Shown piece by piece: positions 63,917 through 64,000 of a stretch of 64,000 bases of DNA. Location of the stretch: the NCBI GenBank assembly GCA_965153285.1, contig OZ229121.1. One strand, written 5' to 3'. Each line of letters starts with the position of its first letter. Position 1 is the first letter of the stretch. Below the pieces are notes generated by a model. The model made no database searches, was not told the DNA's origin, and saw only the letters and a list, made by a program, of their open reading frames with translations. A program made the translations under genes and the position numbers. The stretch is from Podarcis tiliguerta (taxonomy: Eukaryota).

Positions 63917-64000
63917 ACTCTCTCCATCCCACCTTTTGTCCTGACACTTGTACATCAGTATTTATTTTTGCTTCTGACTCTGCACATGTCTGCTTGCTCA

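Noticed and set aside
38673-64000. RARB zinc-finger exons or another host gene in the distal region
   Set aside because: No Cys-rich DBD peptide or other conserved exon recognised on either strand; short ORFs map to repeats or look random. A small exon could have been missed by eye.

Overview
Vertebrate genomic DNA, almost certainly a squamate and probably a lacertid lizard (Sauria/Squam1 SINEs, Squam3-like SINE, squamate L2/CR1 and MITE families). It holds the tail-to-tail junction of two genes. On +, the last six coding exons and 3'UTR of TOP2B (DNA topoisomerase II beta C-terminal domain, stop at 11075). On -, the hinge/LBD exons and 3'UTR of RARB (retinoic acid receptor beta, stop at 12717); I found no RARB DNA-binding-domain exons, so 38.7-64 kb is one long RARB intron. 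A 7226-bp apparently identical duplication (23699-30924 = 31447-38672) around a 200-N gap repeats two RARB exons out of frame and is most likely an assembly artefact. Introns are dense with L2, CR1, RTE and L1-like LINE pieces, SINEs, hAT and Tc1/pogo MITEs, and three solo LTRs with 5-bp TSDs. The best candidate for something undescribed is two divergent solo LTRs (8291-9053 -, 58409-58843 +). Both are open reading frames from their second base in the same register, and both end in a shared Arg-rich/L-x-W peptide motif, suggesting a Gypsy-like lineage whose LTR encodes protein. Also notable: one of these LTRs appears to have replaced a TOP2B branch point, TOP2B has a GC-AG intron and two NAGNAG acceptors, and a structured CpG-rich insert is flanked by a 58-bp duplication. 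All calls were made by eye; family names are from recognition, not database searches.
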